Source of the DNA: Octopus sinensis
Taxonomy: Eukaryota
NCBI RefSeq assembly: GCF_006345805.1
Contig: NC_042997.1
Span: 12,462,001 to 12,526,000 of the forward strand
Direction of reading: 5' to 3'
DNA: 64,000 nucleotides
The first letter of the stretch is position 1, and every line of letters starts with the position of its first letter. This document shows, piece after piece, positions 1 through 12,563 of the stretch. Below the pieces are notes generated by a model. The model did no database searches and was not told where the DNA came from. It saw nothing but the letters and a program-made list of their open reading frames with translations. A program made the translations under genes and the position numbers.

Positions 1-246
1 TGTAGTACTTACATATACATGTGTCCACTTATATACAAATGCACATTTGTATATAAGGGGAGCAGGTGTTCTATTTATATATTAGTTTTCACAAAAAGCA
101 GATGGCATACTTTTAAAAAAAACATTGTACTTATTTTAAAGTTTTATCAAGGTTATTTTGTATTTTCGAATGAAGTTTCTAGAACGATCATCATGTGTTC
201 GAGAGCTTCACTATTCCAAATAACTGCAAAAAACTCATACTTGTAC

Positions 247-392
247 GTGTGTGTGTGTGTGTGTGTATGCGTGCATGCGCGCATGTTTGCGTGTTTGTCA
301 ATGGAAATACATACATACAGACAGACATACATACAGACAGACATACATACAGACAGACATACATACAGACAGACATACAGACAGACATACAT
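247..392. repeat. Compound microsatellite (GT)n then (ACAT/ACAG)n
   Basis: Direct reading: gtgtgt run from 247 and an acatacagacag-type 12-mer run at about 308-392. Confidence 0.95.
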
Positions 393-686
393 ACAACGAT
401 ATTTAATAAAGCATGAATAACTGGGAGTGTACGATGGCATGCATATGTGAAACTGTCAGTTTTTCGATATATACATGCGTACATACACATACACATGCGC
501 AGGTGTCACGCAGTCACGCGCGCACACACATGCAAGCGCACTCATGCAAGCGCACACATTCATGCGCACAAAGGCGTACATACGCAAACAATAAAAATAT
601 TCATATACAAAAGTATTCATCGTAAAAAACCACCTGTGACATCCACCTCTAAATATTGAAGCCAGATATCCTACAAAAAGGACGTT

Positions 687-691
<5 letters not shown>

Positions 692-757
<66 letters not shown>

Positions 758-835
758 TAAACACATACATACATATACACACATGCACACACAAACATGC
801 ACTCACATACACTCATACCTATATATATATAATAT

Positions 836-926
<91 letters not shown>

Positions 927-991
927 ACACATACATACATATACACACATGCACACACAAACATGCACTCACATACACTCATACCTATATA

Positions 992-1032
<41 letters not shown>
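692..1032. repeat. Duplicated (AT)n-(AG)n-64 bp block
   Basis: The same 64 bp (ataaacacatac...cactcatacct) occurs at 757-820 and 923-986, each preceded by (AT)n(AG)n. Confidence 0.9.
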
Positions 1033-1033
<1 letters not shown>

Positions 1034-1476
1034 TCTCACACATACATATCAATGTGCGTATATATATAAACTTTTGTGTATATAAGGATTGGTTTATATG
1101 CAGGTTATCTGACTTCAGTATTGATGGGTTGGTGTCACAAGTAGGTTTTCACGATAATCATTTAATATATGTGTGTTTTTGTTCGTACGAGTGGTGCGTA
1201 CTTGCGTTCGTGTGTGCATGTATGCGCGCACACGTAGGAGCCTGTGCGATGGTGCACTTGCGTACTTGCAGCCCGCGAGTATGTGCGTGTATGTACGCAT
1301 GTATCTATACACAACCGCACAATCTAGCATATACATGCCAGTGTTCACTCACAGATATTCACAATCTCTTAAGTATCGTTGCTTGTATTATACACAAGAT
1401 TTAATCATTTGTTATAGTTGGGTTTATGCCCGTTACATTTTATAAATGTTGCACATTTGCTCTTACGGATAGTATA

Positions 1477-1687
1477 CAGAGTAGCCCAAAAGTAGGTTTA
1501 CAGTTATTCAACTATCTTTCGCATTCATATATTAATAGTTTAGATCTTAATTATAAAAACAATATGAAACCATTATTCTATGCTAATTTACTTAATTGTA
1601 AGATAGAAATTTAAATGAAATAAAATTGTCTTAAAGAAATTTAAAGTGCCTACGTGATAACTTTAAACGAATTTTTGGGCCACCCTG
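1477..1687. mobile_element. Tc1/mariner-type MITE (211 bp)
   Basis: 29-bp TIRs CAGAGTAGCCCAAAAGTAGGTTTACAGTT and (reverse complement) CAGGGTGGCCCAAAAATTCGTTTAAAGTT match at 23/29. Flanked by TA at 1475-1476 and 1688-1689. Confidence 0.8.
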
Positions 1688-3435
1688 TATATGGGATACC
1701 ATACTACATATCTGGGGTTTTTTATGCACGACGTTTTAACAAATATATCGCTGAAAAATTATGGCTAATACAAAGACAGTTTTAGTTTAATCATATAATT
1801 GATATACTCAACTAATGTCACTGCATTCTCCCTCTTTCCCATATATATACAAATATATACAAAAATGATGCATAGATTTAGATTTTTTTATGATAACTTT
1901 AATGACTACGGATTTATTTTCTACATTCTGATTAATTTTGTCCACAGATCTTTGTATTTAGATATTTTGTTTTTGGAGTGTTTATTATTGTTTATTTGAT
2001 CAAGAAGGCCTTAGTTCTTTGTTGTCCGTAGAATAGCCAATAATTCTTCAAGTATTGGCCATATAGGAGATTTTCTTACCATCATAGCATTCAGAAGGTC
2101 AGTTTCTTTTATTACTCTTAGTTCTTCGCATATTTTTTTTTTACAATTTCCATTGTAATTTTTCCATCTCATAACTGCCTATTAATCCAGACTCTATTTT
2201 GTATTTGTTGGCTTCTGGAAGAAAGAAAAATTGTGTTTGATTTATTTGTTCTTTGTAACTAGTTGTACATTATTGCATATATTTGTAGTCTTATACTGAA
2301 TATTTTACAACAATTTTATAATGGCTAAAGTTACTATTTTTTCTCTTTTCATGTTAAGTATAAACGTTCTATATCAGATTTTACGCGGTGCTTTCGATAT
2401 GCAGTCATATATTTTTTCTGAGTAATCCTACCAATTAACTTAGTCTACAGTTGAGAATATTACATAACTTGTTACAATATCACATAGCTTATAGCTAACG
2501 ATTACAATATTTATGCACTTACGTATTAATCTGAGGCGTCTATAATTCTTCATTCTAATCTTTTCTTTCATTTGTGTGATGATCTCTGTCTACTTTACTG
2601 ATTCTTAAGTATTTGTAAATTTTGTTTCGGTTTCGATCTGCTTATCACTGTTTCGTTACCTATAAGACATTAGAGCTCTTAATGGTTACCTTAGGCCATT
2701 TTTTCTCTTTCAAACCTCAGTTATTTTCAGCTAGTAAATCCATATGTTCAATGATCCGTACACACTCTGTTGTAGTATTTCAAGATGTTTATTGCTGCAA
2801 CATATTTGAGGTCGTACATTTACAAAAAGAGCTTGTTGTACTCCAACTTATTTCGTATTCGAGGACAACCTTGTTAATATGTTCGATAAAAGTGATAACT
2901 ACTGACGAAACAGAGATATTCATGAAAGTAAGTCTCCTTGGAATAAACTCCCTAATAGAGATGATATTAGTATTTTTTAAATATGACTCCCTCAGATATC
3001 TCTGTAGATATCAGTTTGCTATTTATTCAATGAATATTTGAATTAACTGTTTATTAGTGACGCGACTATAACTAAAGTTTCAGGATTCGCATATTAATCA
3101 TACTATAAAGTTCTGTTAGTCAATTCATATCATTTTCGTGCCCCTTTTTCTCCTACGTCTTCGGTTATGGACTTAATTCATGTTTATGTTTAAAAATCAT
3201 CTTTAAATTTATGACCTTCGTAGCATATCATCTGTTTTTTTGAAATGATTGTTTATGTTCATATATTGAATTATCCTCAGTGATATTTCGTTTTTGCATT
3301 TTGTTTGCAAGATACTTTATATGAGTTCGTGTGTTGAAGCATATTCTATTGTGTCTGGGGAGAGTCATTTTCTTTTTGTGCCTTATTATGTAACATACTC
3401 ACCGGTAAAATTTCCACGTTTTCCTTATTTTTATT

Positions 3436-3482
3436 GTCCTAAAATTTTCGTTGCGTCTTGCAACCTTTTCAATAGTTTTGAC
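3436..3482 (-). ncRNA. Candidate minimal type I hammerhead ribozyme, U3-A8 variant
   Basis: Minus strand reads gtc-aaaa-cta UUGAAAA G GUUGC aagac GCAAC GAA AAUU U uag-gac. Helix II is a perfect 5 bp, helix III is the palindrome AAUU, and helix I is CUA/UAG with a possible extension. Folded by eye. Confidence 0.6.
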
Positions 3483-3488
3483 TCTCAA

Positions 3489-3525
3489 CTATTGAAAATG
3501 TTGTAAGACGCAACGAAAATTTTAG
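3489..3525 (+). ncRNA. Candidate hammerhead, U3-A8 variant (mirror copy)
   Basis: cta UUGAAAA U GUUGU aagac GCAAC GAA AAUU U uag. Same fold as the minus-strand copy, with one G.U pair in helix II. Confidence 0.55.
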
Positions 3526-3789
3526 GAAAATAAAAATAAGAAAAACGTGGACATTTTACCGGTGAGTGTGTTACATAATAAGACACAAAAAGAAAATGAC
3601 TCTCCCCAGACTCTGTGATATTATTGAAAATAAAACCTATTAAGTATTAGACAATAAGATTATTGACTTGTCTTTTTTTTTAGGTATTTTAAAAAAAATC
3701 TTGGAGATTAAATGATAATTTCCCGCTCGTATTCAATGTATTAAATGCTTGTATAAAGCTTTAGATTTTTATCATTTCCTGATATGTTT

Positions 3790-4560
3790 TTAATTAGCCA
3801 TTAATTATAGCCCTTGGGCTCGATTTTAAGTTCAAACAGGCATTTACGATTGCCTAGGAGCAGTGTTTACCGCTTTCAGCAAGCTTGTCTGCGATGATTA
3901 TTTCGCAGAATTCTCCTGCTTCTGTTGCATTAAGTACTGCATTGATTTTTACGCTACTTTTACTTTGTTCTTGAAAATTTAGTTTTGCATTACTTGTTTT
4001 CTTTAAAGAATTGTTTTCTATTTACACACTGTCGGTTTCTTTTGTATTCAGTAAAGACTCTTTAGCTTTTATACCACTGGCGTCGATAAAATAAGTTAGC
4101 AGCCTTTTTCTGTGGTTTGGAAGTGTTGTTGGAGCGTCGGACAAAGTGCTTTGTGGTATTTGTTATGCATATTTATAATTTGAGTTCTTGAGTTGCAAAC
4201 TTAATTCCGTCGCCTTGCTTAACTCCACGAAGCTGCCATTGAATCACTTTAGAGAAGCCCACTCTTATGCAATCACTTGGGTCAAATTTACGATTTGATG
4301 ATCACTCCCTATACCTTTCAATACTCATACCCAGTCTAGGCCGACCAGAAAAGTATAATTTTCATTACAAAATTATGCGCAATCTAGGAGAAACTAATGG
4401 AATGGGTAAGATTGGGAAAAATTTTGTTGAATAGGGATTTAGAAAAATGCTAGTTGGAAATTTAGAGACTTTCTCATTAGATGTTTCACTGATGAAGTTT
4501 TCTCGTTTATATGTAAAGTCTGGATGCGGCTTTTATTTTGGAGTTGGAAGATTTTGCTTT
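3790..4560 (-). mobile_element. Highly decayed L1/Tx1-like ORF2 endonuclease C-terminal region
   Basis: The minus strand gives LDWV*VLKGIGSDHQIVNL...*FNGSFV, resembling the APE SDH motif followed by W-x-FN-x-S. Many stops. Confidence 0.3.
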
Positions 4561-4624
4561 TGGCAATGGTTACCATGTTGACGTTGTAGTCGTAAGGAAG
4601 GGAATCACCTTTAATGTTTTCTGA

Positions 4625-4884
4625 ACGGCCCTAGACAAACTTAAGCTAAGAATTAAGGTTGTTGAAAGGCCAGGCAATCCTATCACATCCCTAATCGGTA
4701 GGAGCTACCCTTGTAGTAGTACCCCTGTACTGATAGGAACTGTACTGTATGTAGATTTAGTCCACAAACAAACTGTAAAGTAAGAAATGTAGTCTATAGT
4801 ATAAGATATACAGAGGGATGGTGCAGTAAAAAGACAACGACGTACATAGGGGGGAAATAGCACGGAGCATAGGAGAGCGGGTAA
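4625..4884 (+). mobile_element. PLE Zn-finger/GIY-YIG fragment, same family as 22120-23730
   Basis: Nucleotide-alignable to about 23050-23310. It encodes LDKLKLRIKVVE, CTVCRFSPQTNCK..NVVYSI and TTTYIG. Confidence 0.85.
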
Positions 4885-6120
4885 ACGCACTAGACGATGG
4901 TCAATCCAGCTCTCTGCTCCTCTCATGACTCGAACGCTAGAAACATCTTACATATCACATTTTCTGATCAAAATATAACCAATGAGATACTAGTGGTTAG
5001 ATCTTGGGTACATATCCCGATGGTTTTATATTTATTTTCCTGCTTAAACAGAGTGTTGGTAACAACCAGGCTATTCTCAGTACAAAATGCCGAAAGAGCT
5101 AATCCATTTGTATTTCATTTTCCAATCCCATGTCGACCTAAAACAAGCCATGACACGTAGCCATTTCCAGCTCTTTCGTTGAAATCTCCCAATATGAACA
5201 GCTTGTCAAAAATTGGTACTTTCTTCAGTAATTGTACTAGATTATCATTAACCTGTTCTACAGTTTCATCAGAATTAGACTTTGTTGGTGCATAAATACT
5301 GACAACGGTAAGAAACCTACCTTTTGTCAGCTTTATAAGGCATGATATGGTTCGTTCAGATACACCACTTGGAAATTCTGCAATAAAGGATACTAATGAA
5401 ATCTTGAGACCAAACCCAACACCAGATTCCGCGGATCCCTCATTTAAGCCTCTCCGAAAGATAGTATATCAATGAGTAGGTTCATATCCAGAGAGACGAG
5501 TTTCAGAGAGCACAGCTATATCAAAGGAATACTTTTTAAGCTCACAGGCAATAAGTGCAGTACGCTTTTCTGGCTTCTTGTTGAAATTATCAAGAAGTGT
5601 ATACACATTCCAACTACCAGAATTGAAAGGGTGCTTATTTTTTTACTTTTTCTTGAAAATTGTTTAATCAGAATGGCAAGATGACGACCGGGCCCAGCCT
5701 GTGATACATTGGGACACCTGCCGAGCCAGAGCTGTTCCCCTGACATTCCCAAGCCTTTTTTGCCCTTTACTAATTCTGTTTGAGACATTTTAGAGTAATT
5801 TTCAAGTGCATTTTTAGATTTCTGCCAACCAACCAATTCAATGATTTTACTAAAATTTGGTGTACAAGAAGTACCCGTGCAGATGAATAATTGTCAGCGG
5901 GTGTAGCTTGCACTGCACTACCCCCACCTTTTGGCTCAAGAAGACTTTCGCCGCTAACCCTGAACTTTCAAGGCCTCAAGTTTTATTTCGCAGATTTCCT
6001 TCTCCTAGGTGGATTACCAACCAAGGTTAAAGAGCTTCTACCTGCCCATGAGGTAAGCTATCCCATTTCAGACACCAAACCGACACTCAAACACTCTATA
6101 AAGGGATCAGATATCACTCT
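4884..6120 (-). mobile_element. RTE-clade LINE 5' fragment (5'UTR + APE endonuclease), decayed
   Basis: Minus strand: DIAVLSETRL, GVGF, VSIYAPT, LGDFN, LGRHGIGK, NGLAL..FCTENSLVVTNTLF, VRVMRGAESWIDHRLVR. Stops and frameshifts present. Confidence 0.85.
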
Positions 6121-6973
6121 GTTGTCCAACGGGGAGGAGCTCATTCAACATACTTATAGTTAAGTATTTCAAGTCAAGATTGATGTTTAAGCCCGATCGA
6201 GCCAATGTTTCAAAGGGATCTAGCCGTTAATAGACATTTTTTCTGCCATATATAGTTCATCCCATCTAGCCTGTCTTCAATGATAGTAGGATATGACATG
6301 AGAGAGAACTGACTGTTGAGTACAGTTCATTAAACCAATACCCTGCTTAATATTGTGTCGTAAGATAGTACTTAAAATGTAAGTTAAAACCTTAAATATA
6401 ATACATTGTCATCCAACTTCATTTCATTTCTATTATGTACTGTTATATTTCAGACAACAACTGAATACGATTGCAACATACAGTTTAATATGCCACAACT
6501 AAGAAAGAAAACCCTGAAGTAGAATAATATTACCATTTTCTTGTATATATAATTATATATCCTGGAGTTTTAGGAAGTTGTGATCTTCGCACCATTCTCA
6601 ACAGTACTGGCGACGTAGTCGTCTGTGTGAAACAGCACTAACTATAGAAGAACATATTTTACTGTGGGGTTTACTTACTTTAATAAGTAGAATTTCATCT
6701 ATATTATCTTCTCTCTATCACCCTTTTTTTTCTATCTCTTTCATTATCTATTTCTTTGTTCCTTTCTCTTCTTTCCTTTATTCATGCTTTCATTATGTCT
6801 CACTCTCTTTTTGTTTTCAGTATTAGTTTCCTAATAGAATGAGGAAACTAGCCTAAAGGAGCAACATATTACTTGTATCATATTTGGAGCTCATAAAATT
6901 TTGAAATAGAGAAAGCACGGATCTGCAATTTACACGTACATACATATAAAAATACAATACTTACATGAATGCT

Positions 6974-7137
6974 TATATATATATATATTATATATATATA
7001 TATATATATTATTATATATATATATTATATTATATATATATATATTATATAATATAGATATATATTTACTACATATATATGTATATATGCGTGTATGTGT
7101 TTATATGTAGATGTTTATATATATGTCGATGTGTATA

Positions 7138-7195
<58 letters not shown>

Positions 7196-7196
7196 C

Positions 7197-7228
<32 letters not shown>

Positions 7229-7375
7229 ATATATATGTCGATGTGTATATATATACATATACACACAGAGAGACAGAGAGACAGGCAGGCAGTCACCCAA
7301 ACATGCATACCCAAACATACATACATACATACATACATACATACATACATACATACATACATACATGCGTATATA
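6974..7375. repeat. (AT)n/(AC)n/(ACAT)n compound microsatellite
   Basis: Direct reading. Confidence 0.95.
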
Positions 7376-7559
7376 CATGAATGCAAGCAGTCATCCTTGA
7401 ATACGTACATCTTTTATTCTTAATTTCGAACAACTTGTAAAATTTGCTGCTAGAACTCTACGGTTGCTCGATGTGCAAACGCAATTATAGAATTATCATT
7501 AATCTTCAGTGACAGTGGTTCGATCAGCTTCATTGTACATTTTCTTTCCTTCATCATAT

Positions 7560-8590
7560 CAGCATCATCATTATCATCATCATCATCATCATCGTCCTCG
7601 TCGTCGTTGTCGTCACCATCCTCCTCCTCCTCCTTCTGCTCTTCCATCTTCGGCTCTTCGTCATCTACCTGCTTTTCCTCCTCCTCCTCCTCCTCCTACT
7701 TCACCTCATTTTCGTCCGACTTCTGCTGCTGCTGCTGCTGCTGCTGCTCTCCTCCTCCTCCGCTTTCTCCATTTTCTCAAATTCTTCCTCCTCCTCCTTA
7801 TCTTCCCCTTCCTCCCCTTCCTCCTTTTTCTCTCCCTCTTCCTCCCCTTTCTCTTCTTCATCCTCCTCCTCCACTCCCTCCTCCTCTTTCTCCTCTTTCT
7901 CCTCCTCCTTCTCCTCTTCCACTCCCTCCTCGTCTCCTTCCTCCTCATCATCATCATCCACATCCACTCCCTCCTCCTCCGCCTCATCATCATCATCATC
8001 CACATCCACTCACTCCGCCTCCCCCTCCTCCTCCCCTCTTTCTCCCCTTCCCCCTCTTCCTCCTTCCCTTCTTCTTCCTCCCCCCTTCTCTTCTACATAT
8101 TCCTCCTCCTCTTCCTCCTCCTCATCCTCCTCCCTCCTCCTCCTCCTCATCATCATCACCATCATCACTATCAGCAGCATAACTACAAATCTACTCCTCG
8201 TCATCCATCTTGTCGTCATCGTCATTATAGTCCCCACCGCCATTGCTGTTACACACTCATAGTATTCGTCGTGTTTTTTACACACTCATATTGATCATCA
8301 TGATCATCATCAACTTCAGCATCAGAAGCACGTGCAACATTATCCTACATCACCAGCATCACCTCCACCTTCCACCGACGCCACGACCACGACCACAACC
8401 ACGACCACCACTTCCACTACCATTACCATCACCACCACCATCACATCATAATCACTAATACTAATACCCCTACAACCACCTCTCAAACAACTTGTCACCA
8501 TCACAACAACCATTATAATCCGCATCATCATCATTATCCTCGTCGTCATCGTCATCCCCACCAGGATCCTCTTACTCCTCCTCCCCCCGT
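7560..8590. repeat. About 1 kb low-complexity trinucleotide tract (TCC/TCA/CTG/CCA)
   Basis: Direct reading. Strongly pyrimidine-biased + strand with a short internal duplication near 7945-8010. Confidence 0.9.
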
Positions 8591-8968
8591 CATCGATGTA
8601 ATTGTAAATGACGCGATTACCCGATTACTTGCATATAGCGGCATTTACAAGCGACATTTTGTTTTCTTGCTGTACAAGAATAGAAAAAGAATGTTAAATC
8701 TAGCTTAACAATATAATATGCTCTATACTAATCTAGATTTCGAGCATAAAAAACATATTCTTTAACACGAATGCTCCAACATACAGTTGTTCCGATGTCT
8801 CAATATGAAAATGTATAAACAATTTAGCATAAATTACGCGAACACCAAATATGGAACACTTTGACTGGCACTTATGAGTTGATATCAGCGTACCCCTACT
8901 ATAATATATGCATACATATGAGTGCCTGAGTATATTTGTGTATATTTAAACACATATATGCATATATG

Positions 8969-9014
<46 letters not shown>

Positions 9015-9219
9015 AAAAACAAATTACATGAACATATCAAATTACAATTACATGAACATATATAACAAAGATACAAATATTACGGCATCCCCCACAACAC
9101 ACACTAAATAAACATAAACGCACATAGAAATAAGCATGCGCAAATGAAGACATACAATAGAAATACAAAATGGCTAACGGTTAGTAAGGAGAGACACAAA
9201 TAAGTAAGAAGAAAACAAA

Positions 9220-9264
9220 GGACCACTGATGCGGTCACAGGAGTGTGACGAAAGAACTCTGGCC
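9220..9264 (+). ncRNA. Candidate type I hammerhead (C at position 9), copy 1
   Basis: ggacca CUGAUGC G GUCACA ggag UGUGAC GAA AGAACU C uggcc. Helix II is a perfect 6 bp, helix III is 2 bp plus AA, the triplet is CUC, and predicted cleavage is after 9259. Confidence 0.6.
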
Positions 9265-9444
9265 GAAATAAGATTAAGATTAATGTAAAAGATAAATAAC
9301 ACTGAAGCAAAGTAACATCAATATATAGTGCGTGTGTTTTTATTGGCTAAACTGGCAAAATGACCATTCCTAAATACACCCACATATATATATATATGTA
9401 TGTATGTTATGTATATATATATATAATATATATATATATCTATA

Positions 9445-9482
<38 letters not shown>

Positions 9483-9699
9483 ATAATACCAAATCAAATA
9501 CATGAACATATAAAATTACAAATTACATGAACATATATAAACAGAAGATACAAATATTACAGGCATCCCCCACATACACACACTAAATAAACATAAACGC
9601 ACATAAAGATATAAGCATGCGCAAATGAAGACATACAATAGAAATACAAAATGGCTAACGGTTAGTAAGAGGAGACACAAAAAGTAAGAAGAAAACAAA

Positions 9700-9743
9700 G
9701 GACACTGATGCGGTCACAGGAGTGTGACGAAAGAACTCTGGCC
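9700..9743 (+). ncRNA. Candidate type I hammerhead (C at position 9), copy 2
   Basis: Same core and helices as copy 1. Helix I is ggaca/uggcc and predicted cleavage is after 9738. Confidence 0.6.
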
Positions 9744-9909
9744 GAAATAAGATTAAGATTAATGTAAAAGATAAATAACACTGAAGCAAAGTAACATCAA
9801 ATATATAGTGCGTGTGTTTTTATTGGCTAAACTGGCAAAATGACCATTCCTAAATACAACAACATATATATATATATATTATATATATATATATTATATA
9901 TATATATAT

Positions 9910-9940
<31 letters not shown>

Positions 9941-10003
9941 GTGTGTGTGTGTATGTGTGTATGTATATACATATGTGTGTGCGTATGCATATGTATATAT
10001 ATA

Positions 10004-10035
<32 letters not shown>

Positions 10036-11546
10036 CATATTATGCTATAATAATATCTATCTATCTAACTATCCATCTATATGTCTCTCTCTATCTCGCT
10101 ATATATAAATATATATGCACGCGTTTTTTGGTTTGTTTTGCCTTAACAGCCTGGGCCATGCTGCAGCACTCCCTTCATGTACGTGTGTGTGTGTGTGTCT
10201 GTACGTATATTATTATTTCTTTTACCTTTTTTTATGTTCTTTTCCTCTAAATATCGCCCAGTAAAGAAACAGAAGAATGAAAAATGAAATACGAAATGAA
10301 AAAAAAAAAGAAAGAAAAAAAAGAAAATGCTAGTATCGTATCAACGAGACGAGAATAAAGGCAGCACTTGCAGCTATATGTAAGTAACTTACACAGATGT
10401 TAAGTTTCTCGCTTATATAGTTACCTTATCTCTTTCAATAAACTATTATATTCCTTTGCCGACATGTAAGTGAAATTAACGGTTCTAGAAGGCGACCAGC
10501 TTGCGGGTAATTATGACTTCTTAAGTTGCAAATAATCTATCGTTCAATGAATATTGCTACAAGCTATGTAGGCATCAAACATTTTCACTTTTGCAATATG
10601 GTATATCAAAAGTTGCTAAATAGAAAAAAAAAATCATATACATACATACATAACTACATACTATATATATATATATATGATATATGCGGGGAAAGATTGA
10701 GATGAAAAAGTATAATTCGTAGCCTATAAAAACAGTATAAAAATGCTTTGATCTCTTCATCAAAGACAGAAAAATTTTTGCTGCACTTCATAGATTTGTT
10801 CGATCGATAAAAGAAAAAAAAAATGTTGGAGTCGAGATGTACATAAAAAAAAAAAATCAATCAACACTGAATTATTACATATAAGTTCATTATCCATAAG
10901 TGTTGATATATACCTTAGAAATAGTATTTAAGTAATGCGAAGAGAGGGAAATTATTTTCTTTTTTTTTTTACTTTTCTGTCGTCTTTTTTTCATGTATTT
11001 TCACTTTTTGGCAAAAAGGCAGAATATGTTTTGAATTTACTCAGCTTAACATATCAGCGGTCTAGTTATCTTCTATAATTCCCCCCCCAGTACTTGTTTA
11101 GCTTCATTTCTGTACAGAAGGATAATTTGTACTCGTTTTTTTTTTTCTCGCTAGCTTTCTTTTCTTTCTATTTAGTTCTGTTGAAAGGAATTGCGTGTTC
11201 TTTCTACTTCTTTGGTGTTAGAAAGATAAATCAAGAAGTGAAAAAAAAAAAAAAAAGGAAACGTGCCTAAAAAAATATAAAACTTCATTTAAAAAAATGT
11301 GCCCATTCAATGAAATTTGCTCATGAAAGTTTTCACATATATAAAAATTTCCTCTAAAGTCTCGTGACGGTTATACCAATTTCCAAAATTATAACTGAGG
11401 CATAGAATATCAAAATCTGATTTTCTTTGTAGAAAATGAAGCCGAGTTAAACTTAAGATTTTGATGTAAGTTTCAAACTCTATTAAATTTCAGAATTTTG
11501 TAAACTTTAAATGTGTGAATATTATTTCATAATTGATAAATTTCTT

Positions 11547-11924
11547 GGTGTAGCTCTTTGGTAAGAAGCTTGCTTGCCATTCACATGTTTTCAGGTCCAG
11601 TATCACTGCATACCATCCAGGGCCGGTGTCTTCTAATTTCGCCTCGAGTCGACCAAAATCCTTATGAGTGGAAATCATAGATAGAAACTGAAAGAAGCCT
11701 GTCGTGTGCGTGCGTGCATCTTCGTGTTTGTCCCTCACCATCGCTTGATAACCGGTATTGGTGTGCTAACGTCCCTGTAACATAGTGGTTCGGGAAAAGA
11801 AAATAGTACAAGTACAAAGCTATAAAAATATATATAAGTTTTGAGGCAAAATCATTCGACAAGAAATTTTTCAAGGCGGTACCCCAACAAGACCACAATC
11901 TAATGACTGAAACAAGTAAAAGAT
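11547..11924 (+). mobile_element. SINE family A, diverged copy
   Basis: Retains gaaactgaaagaagcctgtcg and the tail aaggcggtacccc...atgactgaaacaagtaaaag. Confidence 0.7.
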
Positions 11925-12114
11925 AACTAATATAGGTGAGAGATTGGTTTATACGGTTAAAGAAAAGCATGCAGCTAGAAGTACATGCATTCATATGTGA
12001 GCATAAACTGCGTTAGTCATTCAGTTAACAAAATGTTTACCTCTATTCTAGCAGTAAGGAAAGGGAAATTCATAAATGTTTGTAGAAGAAACCGAAGTCC
12101 TTACAAAATAAATC

Positions 12115-12167
12115 GATATATACATATATATACATATGTATAGATATATACATATATATATATATAC

Positions 12168-12203
<36 letters not shown>

Positions 12204-12563
12204 GCACATATATATGTAGATATGTTGTATATACATACATACATATATATATATATATGTAAGTATATATGTATATATATATGTATATATATATACACAT
12301 ATATATATATATAATATATATATATATAATATATATATATATATATACATATATATATACATATAGATACATAGATACATATACATGTATATATATATGC
12401 ATATATATGTAAACATATATATATATATAAATAGATACATGTACCTATATATGTTGATATATACATATATATGTATGCATATATATATATATACATATAT
12501 TTTATATATATATATATTATATATATTTTATATATATATATATTATATATATATATATATATA
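12115..12563. repeat. (AT)n/(ATAC)n tract
   Basis: Direct reading. Abuts the 3' end of the CR1-like LINE. Confidence 0.95.

Larger units (their letters stand above)
3290..3611. mobile_element. Fold-back element family X (inverted PLE-type terminal repeats)
   Basis: 125-bp arms at 3353-3477 and 3487-3611 have 7 mismatches, no gaps and a 9-nt spacer. The left arm continues to about 3290. The same family occurs at 28187-28404. Confidence 0.9.
9021..9863 (+). mobile_element. Two tandem ~360-bp PLE-type terminal repeats separated and flanked by (TA)n
   Basis: Near-identical units at 9021-9377 and 9496-9863, with a period of 479 nt at the ribozyme. The unit end matches the termini of the PLE at 22120-23730. 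Confidence 0.85.

Noticed and set aside
6050-6150. Possible HDV-like ribozyme in the RTE 5'UTR (ctcctccccg)
   Set aside because: I could not build the P1/P2/P3 pseudoknot by eye. It would need a covariance-model search.
6826-6852. Hairpin tagtttcct...aggaaacta containing GAAAC
   Set aside because: No hammerhead core in either orientation, so it is a simple short inverted repeat.
7450-8561. Long Pro/Ser/His- or Glu/Asp-rich ORFs on both strands
   Set aside because: Trinucleotide low-complexity DNA is open in several frames at once. There is no splice or homology evidence.
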